A stretch of 64,000 bases of DNA from an uncultured Gemmatimonadaceae bacterium (GTDB lineage Bacteria; Gemmatimonadota; Gemmatimonadetes; Gemmatimonadales; GWC2-71-9), in NCBI GenBank assembly GCA_964585655.1, contig CAZPER010000012.1, positions 1,019 to 65,018 on the forward strand, written 5' to 3'. Shown one piece after another: positions 8,111 through 16,539 of the stretch (its first letter is position 1; the number at the start of each line of letters is the position of its first letter). Made by a program: the position numbers and the translations under genes. The notes under the pieces were generated by a model. The model was given only the letters and a program-made list of their open reading frames with translations, had not been told where the DNA came from and made no database searches.

Positions 8111-10684
8111 CTACGCTTCCGAGCGTCGCTTGAGATCCGCCAGCAGGTTGAGGGCCTCCAACGGGGTCATCCGCTCCAGGTCCATCCCCTTGAGCTCCTC
8201 CACCACCGGGTGGGGGCGGGCCTCGCCGGGGAGGAAGAGGCCGAGCTGGCTGGGATCGTCCTCGGGGGGCGGGCCGGGGACCATGCGGTGCTCTCCCTCG
8301 AGGGTCTTGAGCACCTCTCGGGCGCGGCGGACGACGGCATTGGGGAGGCCGGCGAGCTGCGCCACGTGCACCCCGTAGCTCCGGTCGGTGCCCCCTGCCT
8401 CCAACCGGTGCAGGAAGACCACCTGGTCCCCCGTCTCCCGCACCGCGACGTTGAGGTTGCGGGCGTGGGCCAGCTTCTCGGGGAGCTGCATCAGCTCGTG
8501 ATAATGGGTGGCGAACATGGTGCGGCAGCCGACGGCATCGTGCAGGTGCTCGCTCACCGCCCAGGCGATCGCCACGCCGTCGTAGGTCGAAGTGCCGCGG
8601 CCGATCTCGTCCAGCAGCACCAGGCTCCGCTTGGTCGCGTTATGCAGGATGGCGCTGGTCTCGCTCATCTCCACCATGAAGGTGGACTGGCCGCGGGCCA
8701 GGTTGTCGCTCGCGCCCACGCGGGTGAAGAGCCGGTCCACCACGCCGATCTCCGCCGCCTCCGCCGGGACGTAACTCCCCAGCTGCGCCAGGATCACGCA
8801 CAGCCCGATCTGCCGCAGGATGGTGCTCTTCCCCGCCATGTTGGGGCCGGTGACCAGCAGCAGCCGCTCGGCGGGATCGAAGCGCACGTCGTTGGGGATG
8901 AAGCTCTCCCGCGCCATGAGCCGCTCGATCACCGGGTGCCGGCACTGCCGGAGGGTGAGGGTGAGGCCGTCGTGCACCGCGGGTCGGACGTAGCGGTGCT
9001 GCACCGCGGTCTCCGCCAGCGCCGCCCAGACGTCGAGCCGCGCCAGCGCGGAGGCGGTGCGCTGCACCCGCGCGGTGGCTGCGCCGACCCGATCGCGCAG
9101 GGCGGTGAAGAGCCGTCCCTCCCGCTCGCCGATCTTCTCCTCCGCCCCCAGCACCTTGGCCTCGTAGCTCTTGAGCTCCGGGGTGACGTAGCGCTCGGCG
9201 CCGGTCAGCGTCTGCCGCCGCTCGTAGTCGGCGGGGACCTTCTCGGCGTGGGCATTGGTGATCTCCAGGTAGTACCCGAAGACCTTGTTGTATCCGACCT
9301 TGAGCGACGGAATCCCGGTGCGCTCCCGCTCCCGCTGCTGCAGCGTCGCGATGTACTGCTTGCCGCCGTCGCGCAGGTCCCGCAGCTCGTCGAGTTCGGC
9401 GTCGTAGCCGGGCTGGATCACGTCGCCATCGGCGAGGACGGCGGGGGGCCGCTCGGTGAGGGCGGCGGCAAGTTCCTGCGCCAGGTCGGCGAGGAGGTCG
9501 AAGTCCTCCACCACCTGGCCCAGCGCGGCGCTCCGGTCCCGGTCGGCGAGGGAAGTGAGCGCCTCGAGGACGTCGGGGAGGCGGAGGAAGCTGTCGCGGA
9601 GGGCGCCGAGCTCACGGGGGGTGGCGCGGCCGGCGGCGGCGCGGCCGGCGAGGCGCTCCAGGTCGCGGACGCCGAGCAGCGCCTCCCGGATGCGGGCGCG
9701 GCTCCGGGCGTCGGCCACGAGCACCTCGACCGCATCGAGTCGCTGGTTGATGGCGACGGGATCGGAGAGGGGCGAGAGCAGGAAGCGCCGCAGCAGCCGG
9801 GCGCCCATCGGGGTCATGGTGGTGTCCAGCACCTCGAACAGCGTGGTGTTGCGGGCGCCGGCGCGGAGCGGCTCCACCAGCTCGAGGTTGCGGCGGGTCA
9901 TCTCGTCCAGCCAGAGATGACCGGCGGAGCGGCGCACCGACGGCCGCTGCAGATGAGGCAGCCCGCTGGGCTGCAATTCCTGCACGTAGCGGAGCAGGGC
10001 GCCGGCGGCGCCGACCGCCGGCGCGTCCTCGGGGCCCAGGCCCAGGCCGTCGAGGCTCGCGAGCTGGAAGCGGCGGGCCAGCTCGGCGCGGGCCAGCTCG
10101 GGATCGAACTCCCAGCGTTCGCGCCGGGTCTGGAGCAGGCCGTCCTCGAGCCGGAGCTCGAGATCGTTCGGCAGCACCAGCTCCGCCGGCGCCAGCCGGG
10201 CGATGGCCTCCTGGAGGGTGCCGTCGGCGAGGGTCTCGAGCAGGAATTCGCCGGTGGAGAGGTCGATGGCGGCGAGGCCGCCCGCGGTGACCGCCACCAG
10301 GAAGTTGTTGCGCACCCCCGGCAGGCAATTCTCCTCCAGCACCGCGCCGGGGGTGATGGTCTCGATCACCTCGCGGCGGACGATGCCCTTGGCGAGCTTC
10401 GGATCCTCCACCTGCTCGCAGATGGCGACGCGGTGGCCGGCGGCGATGAGCTGGCGGAGATAGTCGGCCGCGGCCTTGACCGGCACCCCGGCGAGGGGCA
10501 CGCCGTCGCCGCGGGTGGTGAGGGTGATGTTGAGGACCCGCGCCCCGACTTCGGCGTCGTCGAAGAACATCTCGTAGAAGTCGCCCATGCGGAAAAAGAG
10601 GATCGAGTCCCGGTGCCGGGACTTGATCTCGCGGTACTGCTGCATGAGCGGCGTGCCGGAGGGGTCGGCGGCCCGTCCGCTCAC
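8111..10684 (-). CDS. mutS: DNA mismatch repair protein MutS
   Basis: GTG at 10684 gives VSGRAADPSGTPLMQQYREIK... The Walker A (GPNMAGKST) and the other MutS domains are present. The ORF-track extension to 11644 reads through the upstream gene in another frame context. Confidence 0.95.
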   Translation of the reverse strand: MSGRAADPSGTPLMQQYREIKSRHRDSILFFRMGDFYEMFFDDAEVGARVLNITLTTRGDGVPLAGVPVKAAADYLRQLIAAGHRVAICEQVEDPKLAKGIVRREVIETITPGAVLEENCLPGVRNNFLVAVTAGGLAAIDLSTGEFLLETLADGTLQEAIARLAPAELVLPNDLELRLEDGLLQTRRERWEFDPELARAELARRFQLASLDGLGLGPEDAPAVGAAGALLRYVQELQPSGLPHLQRPSVRRSAGHLWLDEMTRRNLELVEPLRAGARNTTLFEVLDTTMTPMGARLLRRFLLSPLSDPVAINQRLDAVEVLVADARSRARIREALLGVRDLERLAGRAAAGRATPRELGALRDSFLRLPDVLEALTSLADRDRSAALGQVVEDFDLLADLAQELAAALTERPPAVLADGDVIQPGYDAELDELRDLRDGGKQYIATLQQRERERTGIPSLKVGYNKVFGYYLEITNAHAEKVPADYERRQTLTGAERYVTPELKSYEAKVLGAEEKIGEREGRLFTALRDRVGAATARVQRTASALARLDVWAALAETAVQHRYVRPAVHDGLTLTLRQCRHPVIERLMARESFIPNDVRFDPAERLLLVTGPNMAGKSTILRQIGLCVILAQLGSYVPAEAAEIGVVDRLFTRVGASDNLARGQSTFMVEMSETSAILHNATKRSLVLLDEIGRGTSTYDGVAIAWAVSEHLHDAVGCRTMFATHYHELMQLPEKLAHARNLNVAVRETGDQVVFLHRLEAGGTDRSYGVHVAQLAGLPNAVVRRAREVLKTLEGEHRMVPGPPPEDDPSQLGLFLPGEARPHPVVEELKGMDLERMTPLEALNLLADLKRRSEA

Positions 10685-11580
10685 GGCTCCGGGACCACGA
10701 AGGGCGAGTGGCGGAGCTTGCGCCGGATCTGCTCGGCGGCGGCGGAGGCGCGGGCCCGGTCGGGGTAGGGGCCGGCGCGCACCTTGAAGAGGGCGCCCTC
10801 GCGCACGATGTAGGGGGTGAAGCCGGCGCCCTGGAGGTCGCCGGCGACCTTGTCGGCAGCGGCCTGGGTGTTCACCGCGGCGACCTGCACGCCGAAGCCG
10901 GTGCGGGCGGGGGCGGGGGCGGGTTGCGTGGGGGTGGTCGGGGCCGCGGTGGATTCGGGTACGGCGGGACGCACCGTGTCCACCGGCGCCGGCCCGGTGC
11001 AGCGGCCGTTCAGGAACTCGAGACGGTTCCGAAGCTCGATGTCTTCGGTGGCGCGTTCCATCCCGATGGCGAGCCAGGCGCAGGCCTCGTCCCGCCGGCG
11101 CTGATCGAACAACGACCGGGCGGCCCATTCCGCGGCGGGGCCGAGGACGGGGGAGTCGGGGTAGTCGTTGCGGATGCGCTCCAGCTGGCGGGTGGCGCCG
11201 GGGAGGTTGCCGCCGGCGTAGTCGAGCAGCGCCATGCGGTAGATCGCGTCGTCGGCCCAGGAGCTGTTGGCGAACTCCACCGAGACGCGGGTGTAGTTGC
11301 GGCGCATCTCCTCGATGTTCCGGCTTACCAGCCCCATGGTGTAGAGCACCTGGGGGTAGAGCGAGTCGGTGGGCGGGGTGGTGCGGAGCATGGTGGTGAC
11401 CAGCACCCGGGCGGAGTCGCTGCCCCCTTCCTGTGCGATACGGAGCGCGTCGAGGAGGCGGGGGTCGGACTGGGCCGCGGCGGCGGAGGGGCTCAGGGCC
11501 AGGGCGAGCAGGATGGCCGCCGTGACGATTGGGCGATTGGACGATTCGGCGATTGGGGACCAGGTGGCATGCAGGTTCAT
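10681..11580 (-). CDS. TPR-like / SPOR domain-containing periplasmic protein
   Basis: ATG at 11580 (MNLHATW...) with signal peptide AAILLALALSPSAAAAQ. C-terminal SPOR-like segment (FGVQVAAVNTQAAADKVAGDL...LFKVRAGPY). The stop overlaps the mutS start as GTGA. Confidence 0.75.
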   Translation of the reverse strand: MNLHATWSPIAESSNRPIVTAAILLALALSPSAAAAQSDPRLLDALRIAQEGGSDSARVLVTTMLRTTPPTDSLYPQVLYTMGLVSRNIEEMRRNYTRVSVEFANSSWADDAIYRMALLDYAGGNLPGATRQLERIRNDYPDSPVLGPAAEWAARSLFDQRRRDEACAWLAIGMERATEDIELRNRLEFLNGRCTGPAPVDTVRPAVPESTAAPTTPTQPAPAPARTGFGVQVAAVNTQAAADKVAGDLQGAGFTPYIVREGALFKVRAGPYPDRARASAAAEQIRRKLRHSPFVVPEP

Positions 11581-11649
11581 CGTCAGGCTCCAATCTCTCT
11601 CGTACGTGCCAACCGCCGAATCGCCGAATCGCCAGATCGCCCACTCGCC
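11527..11649. repeat. GCGATTGG/AATCGCC-family inverted repeat straddling the holA / SPOR-gene junction
   Basis: Arm 11527-11558 against the reverse complement of 11611-11649 gives about 26/32 matches. Both arms lie inside coding sequence. Confidence 0.8.
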
Positions 11650-12704
11650 GTGCCGACCAGCCGCAACGTCAGCCCCATCACCAGTCCCGCCTCGTCCGTG
11701 ATCCGGGTGCCCTTGAGCGCCTCGTCCGCCGCGAGGGTGGCGCGGAGGGCGGCGCGGAGCCGGGGCGCCGGCCACTGCTCGGCCCAGCGGCTCCAGTTCT
11801 TCGCCACGACCTTCCAGTCCCCGATGCCGAAGAGGCGGATGGTGCGGATCCGGTCGAAGAGCGCCCGTTCGAGCGCGGCGCCACGGGTCCCCTTCTCGTA
11901 GTGGGCGCGGGCCAGCCGGGTGCCGATCAGGGCGGTGCCCAGCACGCCCACCATCTTCACCCCGGACATCCCCGAATGCTCCAGCACCCGCCGGGCGAGG
12001 GTCACCGCCTTCGCGCCGTCACCATCGAGCACGGCGGTGACCCAGTCCTCGAGGGTCTCGCCGTGGTAGATGCCGACGAGCTCGCCGACCTGCTGCACGC
12101 TCACCGGGCCCTGGTCGGCCAGGGAGGCGAACTTCTCCAGCTCGGAGCGCAGGGCGCCGAGCCCGTAGTCCGCGGCGACGGCCAGGTGCTCGGCCGCGCC
12201 CTCGGCGAAGGTGACGCCGAGCCGTTTGGCCTGGTGCTGGATCCAGCGGGGGACGCGGTCGGGGTCCAGCGGCTTGAAGTCCACCGCGTAGCTGAGGGCG
12301 GCGATGGCCGCGTCCGGCTCCCAGTCCTTCAGCTTTTCCTCGTTGGGCGCGCCCTCCACCAGCACCAGCACCGTCTCGGGGGAGGGATTCTCCAGGTACT
12401 TCCGGAGCACCTCCTGCACCGTGGGCTTCCGCTTCCAGGCTTCGATGTCCCGCACCACCACCACGCGGCGGGTGGCCATCATGGGCAGGGTGTTGACGAG
12501 GGCGTGGAGCGCCTCGGGGTCCATCCCCTGGGCGCCGCGCAGGTCGAGGTTGAAGTCCCGTTCGTGCGGCTCCAGGGCACGGTCCACGATGGACCGGACC
12601 GCTTCATCCTTGAGGATGTCTTCGGAGCCGAAGAGGTAGTAGACGGGGGCCAGCTCACCCCGCCCCAGCGCGCGGAGGAGATCGTCGTTGGACCGGCTGG
12701 GCAT
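11583..12704 (-). CDS. holA: DNA polymerase III subunit delta
   Basis: 373 aa with the N-terminal APVYYLFGSEDILKDEAV pattern typical of HolA. The last ~20 aa are encoded by a repeat element. Confidence 0.8.
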   Translation of the reverse strand: MPSRSNDDLLRALGRGELAPVYYLFGSEDILKDEAVRSIVDRALEPHERDFNLDLRGAQGMDPEALHALVNTLPMMATRRVVVVRDIEAWKRKPTVQEVLRKYLENPSPETVLVLVEGAPNEEKLKDWEPDAAIAALSYAVDFKPLDPDRVPRWIQHQAKRLGVTFAEGAAEHLAVAADYGLGALRSELEKFASLADQGPVSVQQVGELVGIYHGETLEDWVTAVLDGDGAKAVTLARRVLEHSGMSGVKMVGVLGTALIGTRLARAHYEKGTRGAALERALFDRIRTIRLFGIGDWKVVAKNWSRWAEQWPAPRLRAALRATLAADEALKGTRITDEAGLVMGLTLRLVGTASGRSGDSAIRRLARTREIGA

Positions 12705-12710
12705 GGGGGG

Positions 12711-12716
12711 AGTATA
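12711..12716 (-). promoter_or_regulatory. candidate -10 box TATACT placed 6 nt upstream of the holA ATG (possible leaderless transcript)
   Basis: The minus strand reads TATACT-CCCCCC-ATG. Confidence 0.35.
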
Positions 12717-12759
12717 GCTGAGGGACTGCGGGAGGGGCAGAGAGATCGGGGCCCTGCAA

Positions 12760-12780
12760 GGGCGGCCCTCGTGGCCGCCC
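12760..12780 (-). terminator. GC-rich stem-loop 4 nt downstream of the anti-sigma gene
   Basis: GGGCGGCC-CTCGT-GGCCGCCC is a perfect 8-bp stem. Only a weak U stretch (UUG) follows on the minus-strand RNA. Confidence 0.4.
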
Positions 12781-12784
12781 GGAA

Positions 12785-13210
12785 TCAGGGCCTGGGGACC
12801 CGCTCGTACACCACGAACGGCATCCCGGGGAGGATCTTCGGCTGGGCGATGACCATCGGCTGCACCTCCGCCGCGACCGGCGGGGGGAGCACCATGAGGT
12901 CCTTGAGGCTGAGTCCCACCAGCAGGATGACGAGCGCGGTGGCCGCGGTCGCGACCCAGGGGGAGAGGCTCGGCGGGATGGGGTCGGGGACGGTCTCGCC
13001 GCTCTGGATGCGCGCTTCCAGCCGCGCGAGGAAGCCGGGCGAGGGGGTGATCGCCTCGCCGCGGAGCGTCTCCACCCCTTCACGGACCGCCCGATCGTAG
13101 GCCGCGCACGCCGCGCAGACTTCGAGATGGTCGTCCATCTCCGCCGCCAGTTCGGGGTCGTGCTGGTCACGATAGGCCGTGTACCGGCGACGGAAATCGC
13201 GGCAGTCCAT
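12785..13210 (-). CDS. anti-sigma factor (zf-HC2-type), single TM
   Basis: N-terminal H-x3-C-x2-C motif (DDHLEVCAACAAY), one TM helix, and a position directly downstream of the ECF sigma gene. Confidence 0.65.
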   Translation of the reverse strand: MDCRDFRRRYTAYRDQHDPELAAEMDDHLEVCAACAAYDRAVREGVETLRGEAITPSPGFLARLEARIQSGETVPDPIPPSLSPWVATAATALVILLVGLSLKDLMVLPPPVAAEVQPMVIAQPKILPGMPFVVYERVPRP

Positions 13211-13269
13211 GGGCTCGGCTGTTTCGGGTTGAACAGAGGGGCCGCCGCGCTCGGGCGGGATATCAGGCG

Positions 13270-13275
13270 ATTATA
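13270..13275 (-). promoter_or_regulatory. consensus TATAAT hexamer between the sigma and anti-sigma genes
   Basis: The minus strand reads CGTATAATCG. No convincing -35. Confidence 0.25.
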
Positions 13276-13304
13276 CGCCGAAAGGTGTCGAAGGTTCCCG
13301 GTGT

Positions 13305-13955
13305 TCAGTCCAAATGGGGAGCGATCAGCTCCGCGAAGCTCTGCCGGGCCCGGTTGAGGCGGCTCTTCACCGTGCCCAGGTTGCAGTGCATGATCTCGGC
13401 GATTTCCTCGTAGCTCTTCCCTTCCAGCTCCCGCAGCACGAAGACCTCGCGATGGTGGCTGGAGAGCCGGGCCACGGTCTGGTCCACCAGGGCGCGGAGG
13501 TGGCGCCGCTCGTAGAGGTCGTCGGGGCGGCTGGCGCTGTCCTCGAAGTCGAGGGTGCGGGGTTCGTCGTCGTCGCGGGGGCGGGCCTGCTCGAAGGTGA
13601 CCAGCGGGGAGCGGCTGCGGTTGCGCAGCTCGTTCTTGGCCAGGTTGCTGGCGATGGTATACACCCAGGTGGAGAACTTGCGGCTGCGGTCGAAGCGCTC
13701 GAGGTGCCGGTATACGCGCAGGAACGCCTCCTGCACCAGGTCCTCGGCCCGCTCCCGATCCCCGATCATCCGGTACACGAAGTTGAGCAGCCGCACCTGG
13801 TAGCGGGAGACGATCTGGGCGAAGGCCTTCGGGTCCCCGGCGAGATGGGCCTCGATGAGGGCGTTCATCTCGAGCTGGGGGCCGGCCAGCGGCTGGGCCG
13901 CCGGGGAGCGGCGGCCGAGACTCAGGGCCGACTTGAAGAACCGGAACAGCGCCAT
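13305..13955 (-). CDS. RNA polymerase ECF-type sigma-70 family factor
   Basis: Region 2 (DLVQEAFLRVYRHLERF, STWVYTIASN) and region 4 (SYEEIAEIMHCNLGTVKSRL). An alternative start at 13868 is possible. Confidence 0.85.
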   Translation of the reverse strand: MALFRFFKSALSLGRRSPAAQPLAGPQLEMNALIEAHLAGDPKAFAQIVSRYQVRLLNFVYRMIGDRERAEDLVQEAFLRVYRHLERFDRSRKFSTWVYTIASNLAKNELRNRSRSPLVTFEQARPRDDDEPRTLDFEDSASRPDDLYERRHLRALVDQTVARLSSHHREVFVLRELEGKSYEEIAEIMHCNLGTVKSRLNRARQSFAELIAPHLD

Positions 13956-13959
13956 CCCG

Positions 13960-14502
13960 TTACCTCGCCCGGCGGAAGGCCTGCACGTAGAGCAGTGACA
14001 CCAGGGTCTTGCCGTCCACGATCTCGCCCCGCTCGATCAGCCGCATCGCCTCGGACCAGGGGGTGGGGCGGAGCTCCATGAACTCGTCCACTTCCCGCCG
14101 ATGGTTCCCCTCTTCCAATCCGCCGGCCAGGAAGAGATGGATGCGTTCGTCGGTGAAGCCCGGCGTGGTGTAGATCGTGGTGAGCCGCTCCAGGCAGCCC
14201 GCCCGCATGCCGGTCTCCTCCGCCAGCTCCCGCCGGGCGCACGCTTCCGGGGTCTCTCCCGGATCGAGGCGGCCGGCCGGCACTTCCCAGATGACGCCAT
14301 CCGCCGCGTGGCGGAACTGCCGGATCAGGAGCACCCGCGGGTCGGGGCCGGCCGGGTCATCCAGCATGGGGACGACGGCCGAGGCGCCAGGATGACGGAT
14401 CATCTCGAGCTGGCCGGTGCTGCCGTCGGGGAAGCGAACGGTGTCCACGTCGAGGTGGATGATGCGCCCCTCGTAACGCCGCTCCGAACCGGTCAGGGTC
14501 AT
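13960..14502 (-). CDS. NUDIX hydrolase (ADP-ribose pyrophosphatase-like)
   Basis: ORF 13960..14565, with ATG at 14502 preferred. Nudix box GRLDPGETPEACARRELAEETG. Confidence 0.8.
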   Translation of the reverse strand: MTLTGSERRYEGRIIHLDVDTVRFPDGSTGQLEMIRHPGASAVVPMLDDPAGPDPRVLLIRQFRHAADGVIWEVPAGRLDPGETPEACARRELAEETGMRAGCLERLTTIYTTPGFTDERIHLFLAGGLEEGNHRREVDEFMELRPTPWSEAMRLIERGEIVDGKTLVSLLYVQAFRRAR

Positions 14503-14700
14503 GCGGGCAACATGGTGCCCATGCCCCGGGGGGACAAGAGTAGGTCCGGCATCGGGTGGGTGCAAGGATTGCCGGTGAAAGCTTGTACATGCCGGGTTCG
14601 GTTCCCGGCCTCGGGAGGGGCTGCCGGGGCCTAAAGGCGGGGGCGGTCCCGGCCGAAGCTTGAGGTACCCCCCAACCCAGGGGCCACCAAGGGTGCACCC

Positions 14701-16440
14701 ATGACCGCCCTCGCCGTCCGATCCGCGCCGCCCCGTTTCCGCCCAACCGGGCTCTGGCTGGGGCTGGCCATCGCGGCATTCGGGACGCTGGCGCTGGGGT
14801 TTGCGACGGGGGCGGCGGCGGGGTGGAGTTCGGCGGAGCGGTGGCTTGCCTTCGGGACGGGCGCCGCGGTGACGACCGGGTTATTCACCGCCGCGGCGCG
14901 GCGCCCGGAGCTCAATCGGCGGCTCCGCCAGGCGCTCGGGATCAACGCCGCCGCCTTCGGGCTCACCGCCGTGAGCTACCTCTACGCGGTGCTCACCGAG
15001 GTGACGCCCCTCCCCGCCGTCAGCGACAGCCTCGACGCCGTCGTGACCCTGCTGACCTACGCCGTGGCCCTGGTGGGGCTGCTGCGGTGGCCGATGACGC
15101 CGCTCCGGGGCGCACGGTGGTGGCACTTCGGGCTCGACGCGGCGATCGGCGCCGGCGGGATGGTGCTGTTCTTCGTGGTGGTGATCACCCTGCCGGGGAC
15201 GGCGGGGACGGTGCCGGCGGACTACCGCCGCTGGGTGATGACCTACGGCGCGGCGCTGCTGATCGACCTGGTGGCGATCAACATCCTCGTGGTGCGGGGG
15301 ATCGCGCTCCCCAGCCGCCGGGCGTTCTGGACCTTCATGTCGGCGCTCCTGCTCGAGATCGTGAGCCTGGTGGTCACCCAGTACCTCGCCATCTCCACCC
15401 CGCCGGGCGCCACGAACTACGGCGCCGACGCGATCTACGTCCTGGTGCAGCTGCTGTACCTCCTCTCCGGGGTGCTGTTCCTGCACGATGCGGTGGGGGA
15501 GCCGTCGCCCACGCCGGCCCCCTCGTGGATGCTCACCTTCAATCCGCTGCCGCTGCTCTCGATCATCGGGGTGGCGGGGCTGGTGATCGTGGAGGGACGG
15601 CACGGGAACGGGAAGCTGGCGGCGCTGGTCGCGGAGTGGCTGGTGGTGCTGGTGCTGCTGCTGGTGGTGCGCTACATGGCGACGGCATGGGAGAACCAGC
15701 AGCTGGTGCGGCAGGAGGCGGCGGCGCAGCGGGAGAAGCTCGAGGCGCTGCGCCGGATCGCGGGAGGGATTTCGCACGAGTTCAACAACATGCTCACCGC
15801 GGTGATCGGGCACGCGGAGCTGGGGCTGTCGGAAGTGGGCCCCTCCTCCCGGGTGAGCGGCGACCTCGAAGGGATCCGCGCCGCCGCGAACCGGGCGGCG
15901 GGGCTCACCCATGAGCTGCTGGCGTTCAGCGGCGGCCAGCCCCGGGGGGACCGGCCGGTGGACCTGGGGGCGCTGGTGCAGGCGCTGGACGCGGAAGTCC
16001 GGGAGGCGGCCGGGGCACGGGTGACGGTGGTGCCGGCGGTCCCGGCCGGTCCGGCGATGATCCGCGGCGATGCGGCCCAGCTGCGGGAGCTGCTGGTGAT
16101 GCTGGCGCGCTACGCCGGGCGCCGGATGCCGGAGGGGGGAACGCTGGAGCTGACGGTCCGGCCGGTGGTGCTCGAGACCCCTCTCGTGGCCGCCGCACTG
16201 GCGGCGCCAGCGGGGCGGTACCTCGCGCTCTTCGTGAGCGACGGCGGGCAGCGGCTCCCCGAGGCCGAGCTGGCGCACATCTTCGAGCCGTTCTTCCCCT
16301 CCGAGGGGAACGCCGGGGTGCCGATGATCGGGCTGGCGGGGGTGTACGGGGTGGTGGCCGCGCACCGCGGCGGGCTCACGGTAGGGAACCGGTTCGAGGG
16401 GGGGATCCGGATCGGGATCTATCTGCCGGTGGGGGAGTAG
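14701..16440 (+). CDS. membrane sensor histidine kinase
   Basis: Multi-TM N-terminus, H-box ISHEFNNMLTAVIGHAEL and a C-terminal HATPase region. The TAG stop is immediately followed by the first 8-nt repeat unit (16441). Confidence 0.85.
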   Translation: MTALAVRSAPPRFRPTGLWLGLAIAAFGTLALGFATGAAAGWSSAERWLAFGTGAAVTTGLFTAAARRPELNRRLRQALGINAAAFGLTAVSYLYAVLTEVTPLPAVSDSLDAVVTLLTYAVALVGLLRWPMTPLRGARWWHFGLDAAIGAGGMVLFFVVVITLPGTAGTVPADYRRWVMTYGAALLIDLVAINILVVRGIALPSRRAFWTFMSALLLEIVSLVVTQYLAISTPPGATNYGADAIYVLVQLLYLLSGVLFLHDAVGEPSPTPAPSWMLTFNPLPLLSIIGVAGLVIVEGRHGNGKLAALVAEWLVVLVLLLVVRYMATAWENQQLVRQEAAAQREKLEALRRIAGGISHEFNNMLTAVIGHAELGLSEVGPSSRVSGDLEGIRAAANRAAGLTHELLAFSGGQPRGDRPVDLGALVQALDAEVREAAGARVTVVPAVPAGPAMIRGDAAQLRELLVMLARYAGRRMPEGGTLELTVRPVVLETPLVAAALAAPAGRYLALFVSDGGQRLPEAELAHIFEPFFPSEGNAGVPMIGLAGVYGVVAAHRGGLTVGNRFEGGIRIGIYLPVGE

Positions 16441-16539
16441 GCGGTAGGGCGGTAGGGCGGTAGGGCGGTAGGGCGGTAGGGCGGTGGGGCGGTAGGGCGG
16501 TGGGGCGGTAGGGCGGTAGGGCGGTCCGTCGTCCTACCG
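16441..16539 (+). repeat. GCGGTAGG 8-nt tandem array (10 units) with a short inverted terminal unit
   Basis: Units were counted directly: 8 x GCGGTAGG and 2 x GCGGTGGG over 16441-16520, then GCGGTCCGTCGTCCTACCG. Confidence 0.9.

Noticed and set aside
8111-11644. The ORF-track models fuse neighbouring genes into single giant ORFs: mutS extended to 11644, 18673..20907, 30297..33038, 35295..36590 and 52392..55184.
   Set aside because: The upstream portions are low-complexity read-through of other genes' antisense or alternative frames. Internal starts coincide with conserved N-termini, signal peptides or ATGA/GTGA overlaps with the preceding gene.
16441-16520. The tandem array could be a CRISPR locus.
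   Set aside because: The units are 8 nt with no unique spacers between them, and no cas genes are in the window. It is a microsatellite-like array.
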